A stretch of 63,363 nt of DNA, filler included, from Hyphochytrium catenoides (GCA_900088475.1; 8 parts of 8 records of this genome joined end to end with filler, not necessarily neighbours in it); one strand, 5' to 3'. Counted from the first letter of the whole stretch, positions 1-13,413 are shown. Program-made: numbers and translations. Notes: a model not told the origin generated them from the letters alone.

Positions 1-213
1 GTTGTAGCTGCTGTTCGCACGTTCGAGCAGGTTGCGTGGCGGGGGAGGATGCCAGGCCTCTTATTAGCCTCCACTCTGACGGAGCTAAAGCGAAGGACGA
101 TCAATAACGAGCCGAATACGGAGCCGAACAGTGAATCAACTCTGAACGGATATTTACTTCGTTGTCGAGTGGAAGAAATCTTGACGTTGTTGTCTTAGTG
201 GAGCGAGAGGATC

Positions 214-875
214 ATGACCTCAAGCCCGATATTTGATCCTCGGGAAGAGAGCACACGCTATCTTGAAAAGCACAAGCTCCAAACTCTGTTCGAGGTGAGT
301 TGTAGAGTGGCGCTTATGCATTGATGAAAGACGAACCATTTTGTTGATATTGCGCTTCTACCAGGAGCTCACAACGATGCTGGTATATCATCAGCCAAAC
401 GATCCGAATGCCTTCTTGCTGGATGAACTAAAAAAGCGGAAATACATGCAGGAGTCCAAAAGATCCGTAGGTGGAGCTTGGTAGTTGGCCAACTATAGCC
501 TTTCGATGCTCAAATGGTTCTTGTACAGAACACATTCTTCACCGACGCTGATCTGCAGACGATGTTTGGTATGTTCGACATCAACAATCAGGGCAAAATT
601 TCTGGAGCCCAGTACCTCGAAGGTGATGATGTCGTAAGTCTCAAGCTATGTCTACCTGGAACTAATGCTGCGGCGTAGCGCTCAAGAGCCTTGGAATCAA
701 GAACCCTGCCTTTCCGATTCCTGACAGTGAGAAGAATCTGGATAGATTCGCCTTCATCGGTCTAGCGTAAGGGCTCTCGATTACTTATCCCGTTGGCTCT
801 TTGGAACTAACCGTGCCCACCAACAGGAGAAAAGAACTTAACCGCCATGCGGCCTCAAATATTGAGGAAGTTTAA
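214..875 (+). CDS. Small EF-hand protein with N-terminal RIIa/Dpy-30-like docking segment (EFCAB10-like), 5 exons
   Basis: Not in the ORF track. Manual splicing of GT-AG introns of ~55-70 nt gives MTSSPIFDPREESTRYLEKHKLQTLFE|ELTTMLVYHQPNDPNAFLLDEL...|NTFFTDADLQTMFGMFDINNQGKISGAQYLE|ALKSLGI...|RKELNRHAASNIEEV*. YLEKH..LFE..L..HQP.DP is the docking-domain pattern; DINNQGKIS is an EF-hand loop. Confidence 0.75.
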
Positions 876-960
876 AGTCAACTTTAGCTGGAGGAAAAGC
901 AAGAGCGATGGAGCTAAACCCCTCTGTGATCTAGATGCACAACTTGTGGACCCTAGATTG

Positions 961-1516
961 TTACTTGCGTTTAGCAGACTCGGTGCCATTTCCATTCCCC
1001 AAGCACTGGTTCCAGAGCACCAGCATCCATACCGTTGAAATGCCTATAGGAACAGTGGTGTTAACTCCTGACGCTGGTCGCGGCGCCAACATTACCCACT
1101 TACTTGCGACAATACACGGCGACATAAAGGCTTTAACTGACATTGTCTCGTAATACAAAAGCTCTGTGCTGAAGTGAAATATTGCGTAGACAAACGAGAG
1201 CAAAGTCGCAATGTATATTCCGCGCTCATGTATGTGGAAGACGGAAAGAAGGCATAACGTGTTGGTGACTAGTGTCCATATAGCGAAAGTCCGGCCGTAC
1301 AGCAAAGAGACTACAAGGCAGTATCGTACAACGTCAGTGTCGGCTAGCATCAGCACAAGCAAAAGCCCTCTTACCTTGGTCCGGCCGCCTATCAAACAGG
1401 TACCCCTGAAACTTCTGGGGAAAGCCATAGCCCAAAACAACAGCGAAGATTCGCAAGGCGGCCACCAGCAGCAGCCAAAGCTGCAGCGCAGCTATTCCCT
1501 TATTTTCAGACAACAT
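961..1516 (-). CDS. ERG28: Ergosterol biosynthesis protein 28 (ERG28-like ER membrane scaffold), 3 exons
   Basis: ORF 1334..1516 (MLSENKGIAALQLWLLLVAALRIF...) splices to VSLLYGRTFAIWTLVTNTLCLLSVFHIHERGIYIATLLSFVYAIFHFSTELLYYETM. The RTF.IWT...Y..TL.SF..A..HF..E pattern is the Erg28 signature. C-terminal AKRK fits an ER-retrieval-like basic tail. Confidence 0.85.
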
Positions 1517-2465
1517 TTTGTAGCTCTCTAGAATATACTGACAGCGTGTATGCGTATGCTTCTGTATGAAGGCAATGGCAAGCGGATTCCTAGGGCACTA
1601 TCTTGGCCAGCAAGAATAGACTGTGCTGTAATAATAGGTGACTCCAAGAGCGGCGTACAGTTAATGTACTGTCCTCCCACTCGAAACTATTGTGCTTTAC
1701 CTTAGCCCTGTAGTCGCCGAGAGCTTTGCGATAGATCGTACTATCAACAATCAGGATCCCGAAGGTCTCACCAATGCCACCCCGGAGCCAGGACTCAGAA
1801 TGGAACTCTTCTCAACCCGGACGTGAAGATGTGTAGTTGTACCCGTTCTTGAGCTTGCTGAAGACACCACTCATCTTTAGAGACACAAGCTGAGAGAGAA
1901 GCTTCACACAACATGCCAGGAAACAGATGCCAGTCTCCATTCTGTAAGTGTGTAGCTCTTTAACTCATTATTCCAGCATATAGTCGGTCAGATTCGTTAC
2001 CAAGGTCCGGCATACCATTGCCAAGAATCTTTGTGCACTTCCGCTTCTGATCCTTGCATTGATACCATAAAACAATAATATCCTGACAGCCTGGCTATCT
2101 TCTTGGCGTTAGAAACCTACTCTGTAAGGCGTAGTAATATGATTCTTGTGGTAGATCTAATTGCCGGGTTTGTAATGATTTTTGATTTTCGGATCGGCAG
2201 CTTCTGGTTCTAGAACTTCATCATCGCCAGTGAGGCGAAAATATCATTGAGTTCTGAACCTCAGACGAAGATTTGCGGCCACTTTAGCTCTACCAGGCCT
2301 CTGAAAGGCGGTGTACTGCGAGTATAGAGCCTGCTGCTGCAGCTTGGGAGGAAGTGAGCCTTGAACGTGAGTTAGTACTTGTCATCTAGGGCCTTCGGAG
2401 GGTTGGTTGTTACTTTATCCGTGTGCTAAGGGAAGCTTAAACTAGGCGGTCATTCTGTCAAAAAG

Positions 2466-5400
2466 ATGAGCAACATTGATCCCAACCAGCTTAAGGAGGC
2501 GCTGCTTTGCACCCTCAGTCCCGATCTCAATCTTCGGGGTCAAGGTAGGCTTCCTATATCTGGTCTTCGAAGAGACACTAACACGGACCGGTTCTCCAGC
2601 TGAGAGCTTTCTCAGAAACGTCGAGAAGACCCCTGGCTACTCACTTGCCTTGTTGCAGCTACTACAGTCCTCGTCAGATGCAAAGCTATCTCAGATTTGT
2701 GCGGTTACCTTCAAGAACTTTGTAAAACGCTACTGGTCCGGGGTAAGGCCAGATTCTTATACTTCTCCCATAGCGGCGAAGTAACTGTTGTGCTATGATC
2801 ATTCACAGGAAGAGATTGAAGGAGGAAGAGGGAATGCATTACCAGAGTCGGATAGAGCTGCCATTAAGACACACATCGTAAACCTGATGTGCACTACGCC
2901 ACCTCTTGTTCAAGCCCAGGTTTGTCCCTCAACACCCTGTTGATCGTTCCCGCACAAGGTCTGAGCTACGGTCCCATTCAGATTTCAGAGGCACTATCTC
3001 TGATAAGCGTGCACGACTTCCCTGCCAAATGGGAGTCTTTGTTACCAGAGCTAATCTCCAAGCTCAGCACCTCCGATTGGAAGGTTACTCATGGCGTTCT
3101 CATGACTGCAAATTCAATCTTCAAGAGGTTAGTCAAAGGCCACTTCCAATCGAAGGGCTCTTACTCCAAGTGAGCTGTGTGAGCTCGTCTTCATTTACCC
3201 TCTGCCTCATTGTCTCCATGTGGTGCGCTTGGCAAACTGTAGGTTCCGCTATGTCTTCAAATCTGATGAGCTATTTCGAGAGCTAAAATACTGCTTAGAG
3301 CAGTTCCAAGTAAGCTGATGCAATCGCAACTTCCTTCCAAAGGAACTCAAAATCTAACCAACCGTATAGCAACCCCTGCTGCAGATGTTCAAGATGACCT
3401 CCGAGGCGATTACCGCCAATCAGAAGAACAAGGAGACACTTATTCAGATCTTCCTCTGTTTGCGTCTTCTTTGTCGCATTTTCTTCTCTTTAAACTACCA
3501 AGACCTTCCAGGTGGGAAAGACTTTGGCAGTTAGAGGGGCACCCAGCAGCGCCAAGGAAGAGTTCCAATAACTCGGCTGATCTCACGTTCCACAGAGTTC
3601 TTCGAAGATCATATCCAGGACTTTATGGGCTACTTCGCCACCTATCTCTCTTACGAGAACCCTCTTCTTGTGGACTCTAGCGAGGAGAATGAGCCTGGAC
3701 CCTTAGACCAAGTTCAGGCAGCTATAGTAGAGAACCTAATCCTCTATGCTGACAAGTATTTGGAGGAACTCAAAACCGAGAGGCTTCAGACCTTTACACA
3801 GGTTTGGAACCGTCCAGCTTCCCATCATATTTTGCCTATCTTCCACCTCTTCGTCCTCGTTTCTTTATACTTAAGAGGTTGTTGGAGTCTGAGAGGCCTT
3901 CCTCGCCTGCACCACAGCTACTTTTTTGGTTCTTCTATCTAATCTCACGTTCTCAAAGCTAACGTTCTGTGTTTGCAGCTTGTCTGGACCCTAACGACCA
4001 AAGTGACGACCCAACCGAAGCACGACATCCTCACTACCACCTGTATCCGCTTCCTTACCTCTGTCGTGAGCCAAGCGACCAACAAACCGATGTTCCAGGA
4101 TCCGAATACACTCAGGCAAATCTGTGACAATATTGTGGTGCCAAACCTAATGCTTCGCGATGAGGAGGAGGAGCTCTTTGAAGACAATCCAATGGACTAC
4201 ATCCGGAGGGACATTGAGGGAAGTGATAGCGATACGAGAAGACGGAGTGCTTGCGATCTTGTGCGCGGGTTGCTGAAGCAATTCCAGGAGCCAGTAACCC
4301 AGATCTGTCAGGGAATCCTGAGCAACATGCTCCAACGATATGCCGGGGATAGACAGCAATGGAAAGCTAAAGATGCCTCGGTAAGCCACACTCAGCTCTT
4401 CCAGATCTATCATATATCAAAGATTGGCTGTTTAAATTGCAGTAGTGGCCCTTCTACCTAAACCTAGCAGAAAGGCTAATCACTTCTGATTGCCATAGAT
4501 CAACCTTGTCATCGCCCTCGCCGTAAAGGCACAGACTAAAGCCAAGGGCGCAACCCAGACCAACGAATTGATAAATGTAATGGACTTTTTCTCCAGTCAC
4601 ATTTTGCCCGAGCTTCAGAGCCCCGAGGGAACAACCTCACCCATCATCAAGGCAGATGCAATCAAGTTTGTTTCTACCTTCCGAAACCAGGCAAGTTTCC
4701 TAAGGGCTTACCCTCTCCCATTCCTTCTTAGACTGAGACGTCCGGTCATTGGCAGAGCCTCTATCTATCACCTCCTATCTTTCCAACTGAAAGACACATG
4801 CCGGATGGTGTTGAATACTAAGTTGCTTGCCCGCAGATCTCCGCTGACATAATGAAGAGGCTCATCCCGCTGCTTATCAACCATATGCGCTCAGACCAGT
4901 TCGTCGTGCACACATACGCGGCTGCGTGCGTGGAGCGAGTCCTTACTGTGAAGGACAAGGGTCCTGATGGTCGACTGCACTATAGATTTGGACGGACTGA
5001 CCTGCAGCAGTTTCTGGAGCCTATCTTCACGGCTTTGTTTGGAATCCTAGAGCGTCCAAACTATCCTGAAAATGACTATGTAATGAAGGCTATCATGAGA
5101 GTAATCAACGTGGCGCAAGAGGATATCGTCAGTGCCGCAGATATTGCCATCCAGAAGCTAACAGCTGTCTTGGGAAGGATTTGCTCGAACCCCACCAACC
5201 CTCTATTTAGCCATTATCTCTTTGAGTCAATCTCTGTCCTTGTAAGGAACGCTGCCAAGACCAACGCGGTGGCTGTAGAGAAGTGTGAACAGCTCCTCTT
5301 CCCTCCTTTCCAGACGGTCTTGAGCATGGATGTCGAAAGTTTGGCGCCATATGTTTTCCAGGTAAGCAAAGGGTGTAGATTATTGGGGATCTGGTATTCC

Positions 5401-7500
5401 AGAGGCTTGAAACAAAGGCGAGAGGATAGGGACAGCTTCTCCAGAGGCGGTGTAAAGCTGACTCATAAATGAGACGAAGCGAGGGTCAACAGAGAAGCAC
5501 CTTCGATGGGAGAACGTCTAGATGAAAGAAAGCGGTTGGGAATAAGAGAAAGCCAATCTACCAGCTATACGGAAGAGAGATTCTGTGAAAATGTGCTCAC
5601 GAGACCAACTATGCATTCTTAATCCTTGTAGGTGCTGGCCCAATTACTGGACTTCAGACCTGGGGGCTTATCTCCCGCCTTCCGGAGTCTCTTGCAGCCT
5701 CTTCTCGCGCCACCCATGTGGGAGAGAAGGGCAAACATTCCCGCCATGACTAGGTTGCTGTGCTCGTATGTGAAGAAAGCGCCTCAAGAAATAGATGATA
5801 CTAGTCTCAAAGGTATTATGCACCTTGATCTCTGTACCAGGCAGAAGAAACTATCCGTCAGCCCGTACTACCGTTTTCTGCTGATATCAATGGTTGCTCC
5901 ATCCTTCTGCCAAGGTTGCTCCTTGACGAAAAGTCGTGATTGTCCTGCTGTGGCGGAGGCGCTGCACGCGCTTGCTTTTGGTTACTCTAAGGCTTAAATT
6001 GCCTTTTGCTGGGTTCCTTTCTAACATAAGTTCCTTATATTGCCTACGAGTTCTTCTTTGGTCCTGACAACATACCTCAGGCATCTTGGGGGTCTTTCAG
6101 AAGCTGATTGCTTCCAAGATCAACGAGCACCACGGTTTCGACCTCCTTCGCTCTGTCTTTGGAAAAATGGCCCTCCAGCAGTTTGGCATGCATCTGGAAA
6201 CTATAATTCGCCTGTTAATGACCCGTCTTTCCGCCAACATGACCGTTAAGTTTGCTACCGATTATGTTGTTGCTTTATCAGTGCTGTGCGGGAAGCACGG
6301 GGTAGAAGGCTTCATGCAGGTAAGAAGGATAAGAAGGACATTGCTTCAGTTCGAGGTTAAGAAATAGGCCAAAAGAGGGACCAGCTCTGCTGTGATGATG
6401 GGGTCTAGCTGATTCGCGACCTTACATGTTGGGAAAATCGGAGGTGGGGGAGAAGCTGAAGAAGAGTCCGTTTAGGTGCGGCGTTTTACCCTTAGTATCC
6501 CTAGTTTGGCAAGGCAGAGGAAGAGCATGAGTTTGTTCGATTACTAATTGGTCGCCCGCTTTCTTCTTTCCTTTCAAGGCATGTGAGGCCATCCAGCCTG
6601 GCATGTTTGTGATGTTTACACAGCAGGTGTGGTTTCCTAACGTGCGGAAGATCAATGGCAATGCCGAGAAGAAGACAGTGGCAATCGGCAGCACTCGCTT
6701 ACTCATAGAAGGACAACCTCTTCACAAGTCTCCAGACCTCCTTGTTATGGCAATAACTGGAATACTCAGCCTGCTGGAGCTGCCAACCGATAGGACTACA
6801 GACGAAGGTGGCAAGTTCGCTGCTTCACCTCCATAGAACCTTCTCCTTTCTTCTTCTAGGATCTACCTCAAGTTTCCTTGTTTTTAGTTCAAAACGCCTT
6901 CCTGTTCTGCCTTTTTTCTTTTTGCTCTAGTTTCACACTTCTATGGACCTCATGGCAATCTATCTTCAGGTCTCGATGACCTTTCTCCTTACTAACCCAT
7001 TATGGTTCTGAAGATGTTGACGATGAAGAGGGACTGGAGGAGTTAATGGGCTACTCGGCGGGGTTTTCCAAGCTTCATTTCGCTGCATCTGATCAGGACG
7101 ACTATTTTAAGGACCTCGATCCAAGAGTCTCTCTTGCCCAGGTAAGAAAGGCTATGCTCAGAGCTGGATAGGTCCAACGGTGGTGGGGTTAGAAACGCCA
7201 GCAAACTACCGCTGTGTGTGAATGACATGTGCTCATGAGTTTCTCTGTGATCAGGGCTTGGTGGCTCTTAACAGCAAGCATCCAGAGCTTGGGGTAAGCC
7301 ATGACTTCATCTACATTTATCTGATAGTTTTCTTTCATGGTTCTCCTCTCAAGTAACCACTCCACTTAGTTGCTTCTCATGCTCAAATCTTGTTTGCCGT
7401 CGTCCGTCTGCAGCTGAAGGAGCTCATCGGCAGCAGAGTGGACCCATCTGCTCAGCAGCTTCTGCAGCAATACTTCGTCCTTGCGAAGGTATCGTTCTGA
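2466..7500 (+). CDS. CSE1: Exportin-2 / importin-alpha re-exporter (CSE1/CAS), about 16 exons
   Basis: Exons give the IBN_N motif AVTFKNFVKRYW, HDFPAKWESLLPEL, ELFEDNPMDYIRRDIEGSDSDTRRRSACDLVRGL, IKADAIKFVSTFRNQ, VVHTYAAACVERVL, ENDYVMKAIMRV, NPTNPLFSHYLFES and PYVFQ. ATG at 2466, stop TGA at 7498-7500. Confidence 0.95.
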
Positions 7501-8295
7501 CCACATCTGGCTGGGGCAGCCCCGATATGACCGGAGAGAGGAGATTGACGATTAGAGAAGGAGGAGTGTCTTCCTGCTTGGAGTAGTAATTCACTTTCGT
7601 CTCTCTAACCGCTTAAATGCGGCACATTAGAGTCAGGTTTTAACCATATGTTAACGTGACACCCATGACGTTGACGTATCAACTTCGAGCAACCCATCAC
7701 GAGGCTGATAGAGCGGGGTTTGGGCTTCGGTTGGTCGTTCCTCATGGATACTCGAAAAGAAATGTTGGTCGGCAAGAGTATTCAGAGATGATCGTCCGAG
7801 AGGAAAGGAGCTGCGAGCGGGACCTCCAGGGCGGACTTGGCAGGAATGGAGTTGCCATGGGTACTGTGAGCCTAATGTACCAGAGATGGCAGCAACACTA
7901 CTTTTATTTTGACGTGAGGAACGGTGTTGCGGCTGTTGAACAAAAGGAGCGCTGGACCTCCTTCAAAGAGATTGTCTCTCTTCGTCTAGAGCTCAATCTG
8001 TGAGACTATTCACCTTTTGACCCAGATATCGAACAGGTTGTCAAAGGGAGGAGAGAATTTAAAGTCAAAGGCTGACTGACACATCAAAGTGAGGGAGGAC
8101 ACAGCTCTGCAGTGGCAGTTCAAAGGAGTTTTAATGTCTTTTATTAGGTGACGATATATCTGAGCTATCACGAAGAGAAAGTAGGGAAGGTAAAGCGTTG
8201 ATCAGGATGAGTGAACATCACTGATGGGCGACAGGCGCAGAGGATGGAGAGAGAGGAGAAGTTAAGTAGTGCCACATCATGCCCGAGGCATTCTA

Positions 8296-11200
8296 TTATT
8301 GTCCCTGGGTAAGGTCAATGTTATCCTCTGTCGCTGGATCGCTCATCGTTCTCCAGAACGTGGTATTCTTCTTCGCTAGAGCAGCATCCGATCTCACTCT
8401 GTTCAACTCCTCGAAGTATTTGTCAGTGATATCGCCCGTTACGTAGCAGCCACTGAAGCAAGAGGAGTCGAGAGCTTCTATGGCTGGGTTTAAGCTGCGG
8501 ATACATTCCTCGAGGTCACTCAGGTCCTGAGAGGAGAGATAATATTAGCCCAGCTTCGAAACACAACGAACGTGAGTCCATAGAAACCAAGCAGTACAAC
8601 GTCTGTCAGCCTCCTTCGACTCAACAATCAAAATCGTGAGACAATAAAGGACCGACAAGGGCGAGGCAAAGAAGAAAACAAATGGGAACAAAGTACTTCT
8701 CCTAAGCAGCAGGATGAAGTAAGCAAGCCCCCAAGTGGAAGTGAAATGGCAAACCCGCCTGTACGAGGCGTCCATCACTTCTCACCTGATAGAGAACCCA
8801 GTCCGCCCCTATTGACTTGGCGATCTCATCCTCGCTCCTCGTGTGCGCCACCAGCTCCTCTCTGGTTGGCATGTCAATGCCGTACACATTGGGATGCCGG
8901 ATGGCTGGGGCCGCCGAAGCAAAGTAAACTCTCCTGAAGCAGGAGATATACGGAAAGATAACGGGAAAGACACATACTGTATGTAAGAGTCTCCTTCTGT
9001 CCTGAGCCACTAGGTGTCCTTCATCGTGTTCCCTTAAACTTCTCTAGGCTAGCTTTCTTTTCTCCTCCACCTCTTCCTTCCTTTCCCTTATGACAACTTA
9101 ACCGTGCAAAGCTATAGATATCCGACTTCATGACGGTTCCTCCTAAACAGTTGACGGACCTTGCTCCAGCATCCCTGGCCACTTGCACAATGGCTCTGGA
9201 AGTGGTACCTCTGACAATCGAATCATCGATAAGAAGCACATTCTTCCCCTTGAACTCCGACTTGATGGCATTTAACTTCAACTTCACGGTCTTCTTGCGA
9301 GTGGCCTGACAGGGAAAGAAGAGAAAAGAGATAGAAAGAAGAAAGGACGAGAAGGGCCAACGACAACAAGGGTACAATTAGCCAAACGGATGTCCGTTCT
9401 GTCATTCTCTGTAAAGATTGAGATGCCTCTTTCTCTCACCTGTCCAGGCATAATGAAGGTCCTGGCGATATATCGGTTCTTGATAAATCCTTCACGGTAC
9501 GGTAGCTTCAGCTGGTACGAGAGCTGCCACAGGGATAAGATTTAGGATATACTCGAGACATATCGACAACGGCGATCCAGGAGAGGGTAATATATAAGCA
9601 CCAGAGTAGTCAAAGAAGGAAGTGTAGGTGCGCACCACAACGCAATCTGAAGCACGACATGACACTGACGGCAATATTTGTAAAAGGCACGATGTGACAA
9701 CAGAACGAGGAACATAGATACTGGTGGTATCTCTTAGAAGAACAGAACAAAAGAGAGAGAGTGAGAGGGTGCGTGCGTGTGTCTGTGAGAGAGAGAGAGA
9801 GGGAGAGAGAAGAGATGGGCAAAGGAAGAGAGAAAGAACCAGGGAAGAGAGGTATGAACGACGAAGAAAGTAGGGTACAGCCGTACACGCAGGAAGGACC
9901 CCGGGCGTCATGCAAGAACAAGAAATTGACAGAAACGAGGACCAGAAATGTTTACGTAGTTCGCCAACCTGTAGTGCACTCGTCCTGCTGGTGTCTGGGA
10001 TAGGAATCACCACGTCAATGTCATGATCAGGCTTTTCTCTTAGTAGCTTAGCAGCCAATCTTTCTCCCATCCTGAGGCGCGCTTGGTAGACCGATACTCC
10101 ATCCAAAACAGAGTCCGGTCTTGCCATGTACACGTGTTCGAATATGCAAGGAGTAAGATGGCCAAAGTCTGCGCACTTCTGGCTGTACATGTGTCCGTCT
10201 TGCGAGATAAATACAGCTTCACCATGTCCCACGTCCCCTAAAGGAGAAACAGAGAGAAGATCAGGGATGCCACAGTCAATTAAAGGACAGCATACTTGTG
10301 TAAGCTCGTACGCATAAGCTCAAAATCTAGCGTGTCGAGCGCCACGCTTTCTGAAGCCACGGCATAGTCCGTTCCGGCAGCGGATTGGCGGCAACCGATA
10401 ACAATAGGACGGATACCATAGGGGTCCCGGAAGGCCAGGAGGCCAATGCCTGCAAAAGAAGAGACAGCCGGCCAGAACAGCAGACCGTCAGCCAATCAAC
10501 AAGGCTTCCATACTTTCTCAATGTATCTTTCTCTCCATTTCCTGTCATCTTTCAACTCCTCTATGTCTTTTAACCCCCATGTCTCTCTTGTCCCTGTCAC
10601 TCTTTCTCTCCTTACTGTCCCTCTACTGCTATCTCTGGCGTGTCAATCTGTCTCTCTGTTTCCTCCTCTTCTCCTCTCCCTCCTCCTCACTCTTACGGAC
10701 CCCAGGGAAGTAGCCTCAGCGCCTTCAACTGTTACCTGCAATTATGGCGACAGCTGCATATCCTCCCTTGCACCTCTTGTACAGCTTCTTAACGGCCTCA
10801 AAGATGTTCTCGGGAGTGAGGGGAAAGGGCTGCTTCATGATTTCGTCCGCCAATACATTCAATAGTAGCTCGGAGTCCTGATATATAGAGAGATAATAGA
10901 CCACGAGAGTTAGTCTCATTAAGAAGAAGGGAGAGAAGTGAACACGCTAGAAAGGAGAGAAATAGAAATAGAGAATATGGTGCTGTCCAGCTAGAAACAG
11001 CGGTAACGCAAGGGAAGAGGTGACAAAGAGAGGGAGAGTGCCACGTCCCGCGTCCTACCGAGTCGGTGTTGATGTGCCTAACATTGTTCTTAGAAAGTTC
11101 CGCCGTGATTTCCCGTGCATTCACCAGGTTCCCATTGTGAGCTAAGCACAGTCCGTAACTGTAAGGACGTCAAACGAGAAAGACAGAGGAGAATCTGCGT

Positions 11201-12086
11201 TAGCCAGCAAGCTCGGCCCGAGCAAGAGAAGTGAGTTCCTTAGGCCCAGAGGGAGAGGGAGAGAATAACAGAAAGATCTACACCGGTTACTGAAGAGTTC
11301 GACGGACAGGGAACAGAGCAGTCCTAGCTCCCAAGGAAATACGTAGCATAAGAGGGAAGCTAAAGCAAGCAACCCCGAGAGCGCCAGGAGAACCGCAGGT
11401 AGACGCAGGTAGGAGCAGAGAGTAGAAGAAGGGGATAGGCTGTGGGCACAGCGAATGACGTACGGAGAGTTGGTATAGAAAGGCTGGGCTTCAATGTTGG
11501 AGGAGCTGCCAGCAGTAGGATATCGGCAGTGTCCGATGCCAGCCGAGCCCTGCAGGACCAGCATGTGCTTCTGCTGGAAGACATCCTTCACGAGTCCGTT
11601 GTCCTTGCGCAGGTGGAAACGACCGTTGTGGGAGGTCACCATACCCGCAGCATCTATTTGAAGACAGACAGAGAAAAAAAGCAAAGGAGAGGAGAAACGG
11701 GTTGAAGAAGGAAAACGAGAGACAGTGATGAGAGGAGAGACCAGAGAGAGAGACGGGGCCCAAGTCGTAAAGCGAGAGAGGAGAAGAGGTCAGAAAGAAA
11801 GACACAAGGCTGAGTCTAGAGACTACTGCTTTCTACTAATGGAGCTCGAGCGCCTAGACAATGAAGACGACAGGGAGGCTGCATTAAAGGATAAAGAGAA
11901 AGAGGAGAGAGCACTGTCTCTGGGGTCTAAATGTTGATTAAACGAGGTAGAAGACAGCTCCGTCACGGAGACTGCAGTTATAGCCTCACCTTGTCCGCGA
12001 TGCTGGAGGACGGTGAGCCCGTCATAAATGAGCTGATTGACATTGTGGCGCTCATCAGCCAAGATAATACCCAGGATGCCGCACAT
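8296..12086 (-). CDS. purF: Amidophosphoribosyltransferase (glutamine PRPP amidotransferase), about 10 exons
   Basis: N-terminal MCGILG (Ntn catalytic Cys), [47 protein letters not shown] loop [14 protein letters not shown] and YGIDMPT. Last exon reads [14 protein letters not shown]...[12 protein letters not shown]...QGQ* with stop at 8296-8298. Confidence 0.95.
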
Positions 12087-12439
12087 CTTGACTTTCCTAT
12101 CTTCTCTGCCTCACAAGCCTTCGTTAGTTGCTCTGCAGCTCTCTCTTTTCAATAACTTCGCCGCCCGGAAGCTCTTGAAGATGTGGCAGAGTTCAGGACA
12201 GGAAGAGAGTGCTCGGCGATATGAGAGAGAGAGAGAGACAATCTACTTTTCTCTTTCTCAACTGCCGTTCAGGAGCTCGATCAAAAGCTGGAGAAAATAG
12301 TAGAGAGAGAGGGTGTGCGCCTTATTATTAAGAGAGAGAGAGACGAGAGGACGAGCAATGGAAGAGAAAGAGAGAGGGAACGTGGCTGTTTGGCTATCCG
12401 TTCTCACATCAACAAAAAGGAAGGAGGTGGAAGGTTTTC

Positions 12440-12714
12440 CTTGATGAGGTCTGTTTATCTCCTCGGCTCTTTATCTCTCGAGTCGCTCTCTGTCTCTCTC
12501 GGTCTGTCTCTTTCGATCTGTCTCTCTCTTTCCTCTTCGAGGTAGTCTCTCACATTCTCCCTCTTTTCTCTCTCATCAAGGTTTCGCTGGCGGTCTCGCA
12601 AGGACAAGATGAGAAAGGACAGAGAAAGTGAAAGAGAAAGAGAGAGAGAGAGAGAGAGATAGAAGATATAGAGAGAAAGAGAGAGAGAGAGAGAGAGANN
12701 NNNNNNNNNNNNNN

Positions 12715-12750
<36 letters not shown>
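12440..12750. repeat. (CT)n then (GA)n microsatellite block upstream of purF, with internal N gap
   Basis: Long runs of ct and ga dinucleotides read directly. Confidence 0.9.
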
Positions 12751-12751
<1 letters not shown>

Positions 12752-13413
12752 CAACGCCAGCCAGCGACATCAAGTTAACTGGGATAGTTTGAACACAACA
12801 CACACATAACACGGTTACAGACCGCTTCTAATAATATACAGTAAAATACAGCTGTCTCTGACCCATGGGTATACCCATCTTCGTTCTGAGGATGGCCGTT
12901 ACCGTCCATACCAAGCCTTTTCTTTCATACATAGCACCTGCGATGAAGGATCTTCCTCCTGATCGCTGATCGGCAGAGCAAAGGATGAAGGGGAAGAAGA
13001 GGCACGGCCAGCAGAAAGACAGCTAGCTTTGTACTGTCCCACAAGGAAAATCATGACGAGGAGGAACAGGAACTGGCCATTCTTTCTGGTCACGTGCACA
13101 GCAACTCTTCGCCTCGCTCCTTCATCATTCAGAAGAGTCTCCGCCAAAGGTTACCGCTAACTGTTGTGTGCCTTCCCCCCCTTCTCGCCTTCTCTCCAAC
13201 CCTCTCTATCTGTTGTTGAAAAGAAACGAAGATTCTTTGTTGCTATGGTCAACGTGTCTCTTCAGCAGGTGCTCCGTTGGCACTGGCCTCCAACAGCATG
13301 AGCGCAACTGTTGATAGTCCCCATTTGTGCACCTATGTGCTTGGTCAAGCAAAATGTCTGCCTCCTCTGTACTGAGCAAAGGCCTTGATGGTTGGCAGGG
13401 ACGCACACGCAAC

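Noticed and set aside
1550-2240. Possible small spliced plus-strand ORF between ERG28 and CSE1 (MRMLLYEG...|VAESFAIDRTINNQDPEG...)
   Set aside because: Phases can be joined, but it starts only ~35 nt from the ERG28 ATG, stops early and has no recognisable motif; it may be UTR or promoter sequence.
7656-8003. 115-aa plus-strand ORF between CSE1 and purF
   Set aside because: Non-ATG start, no motif, lies in the convergent 3' UTR region.
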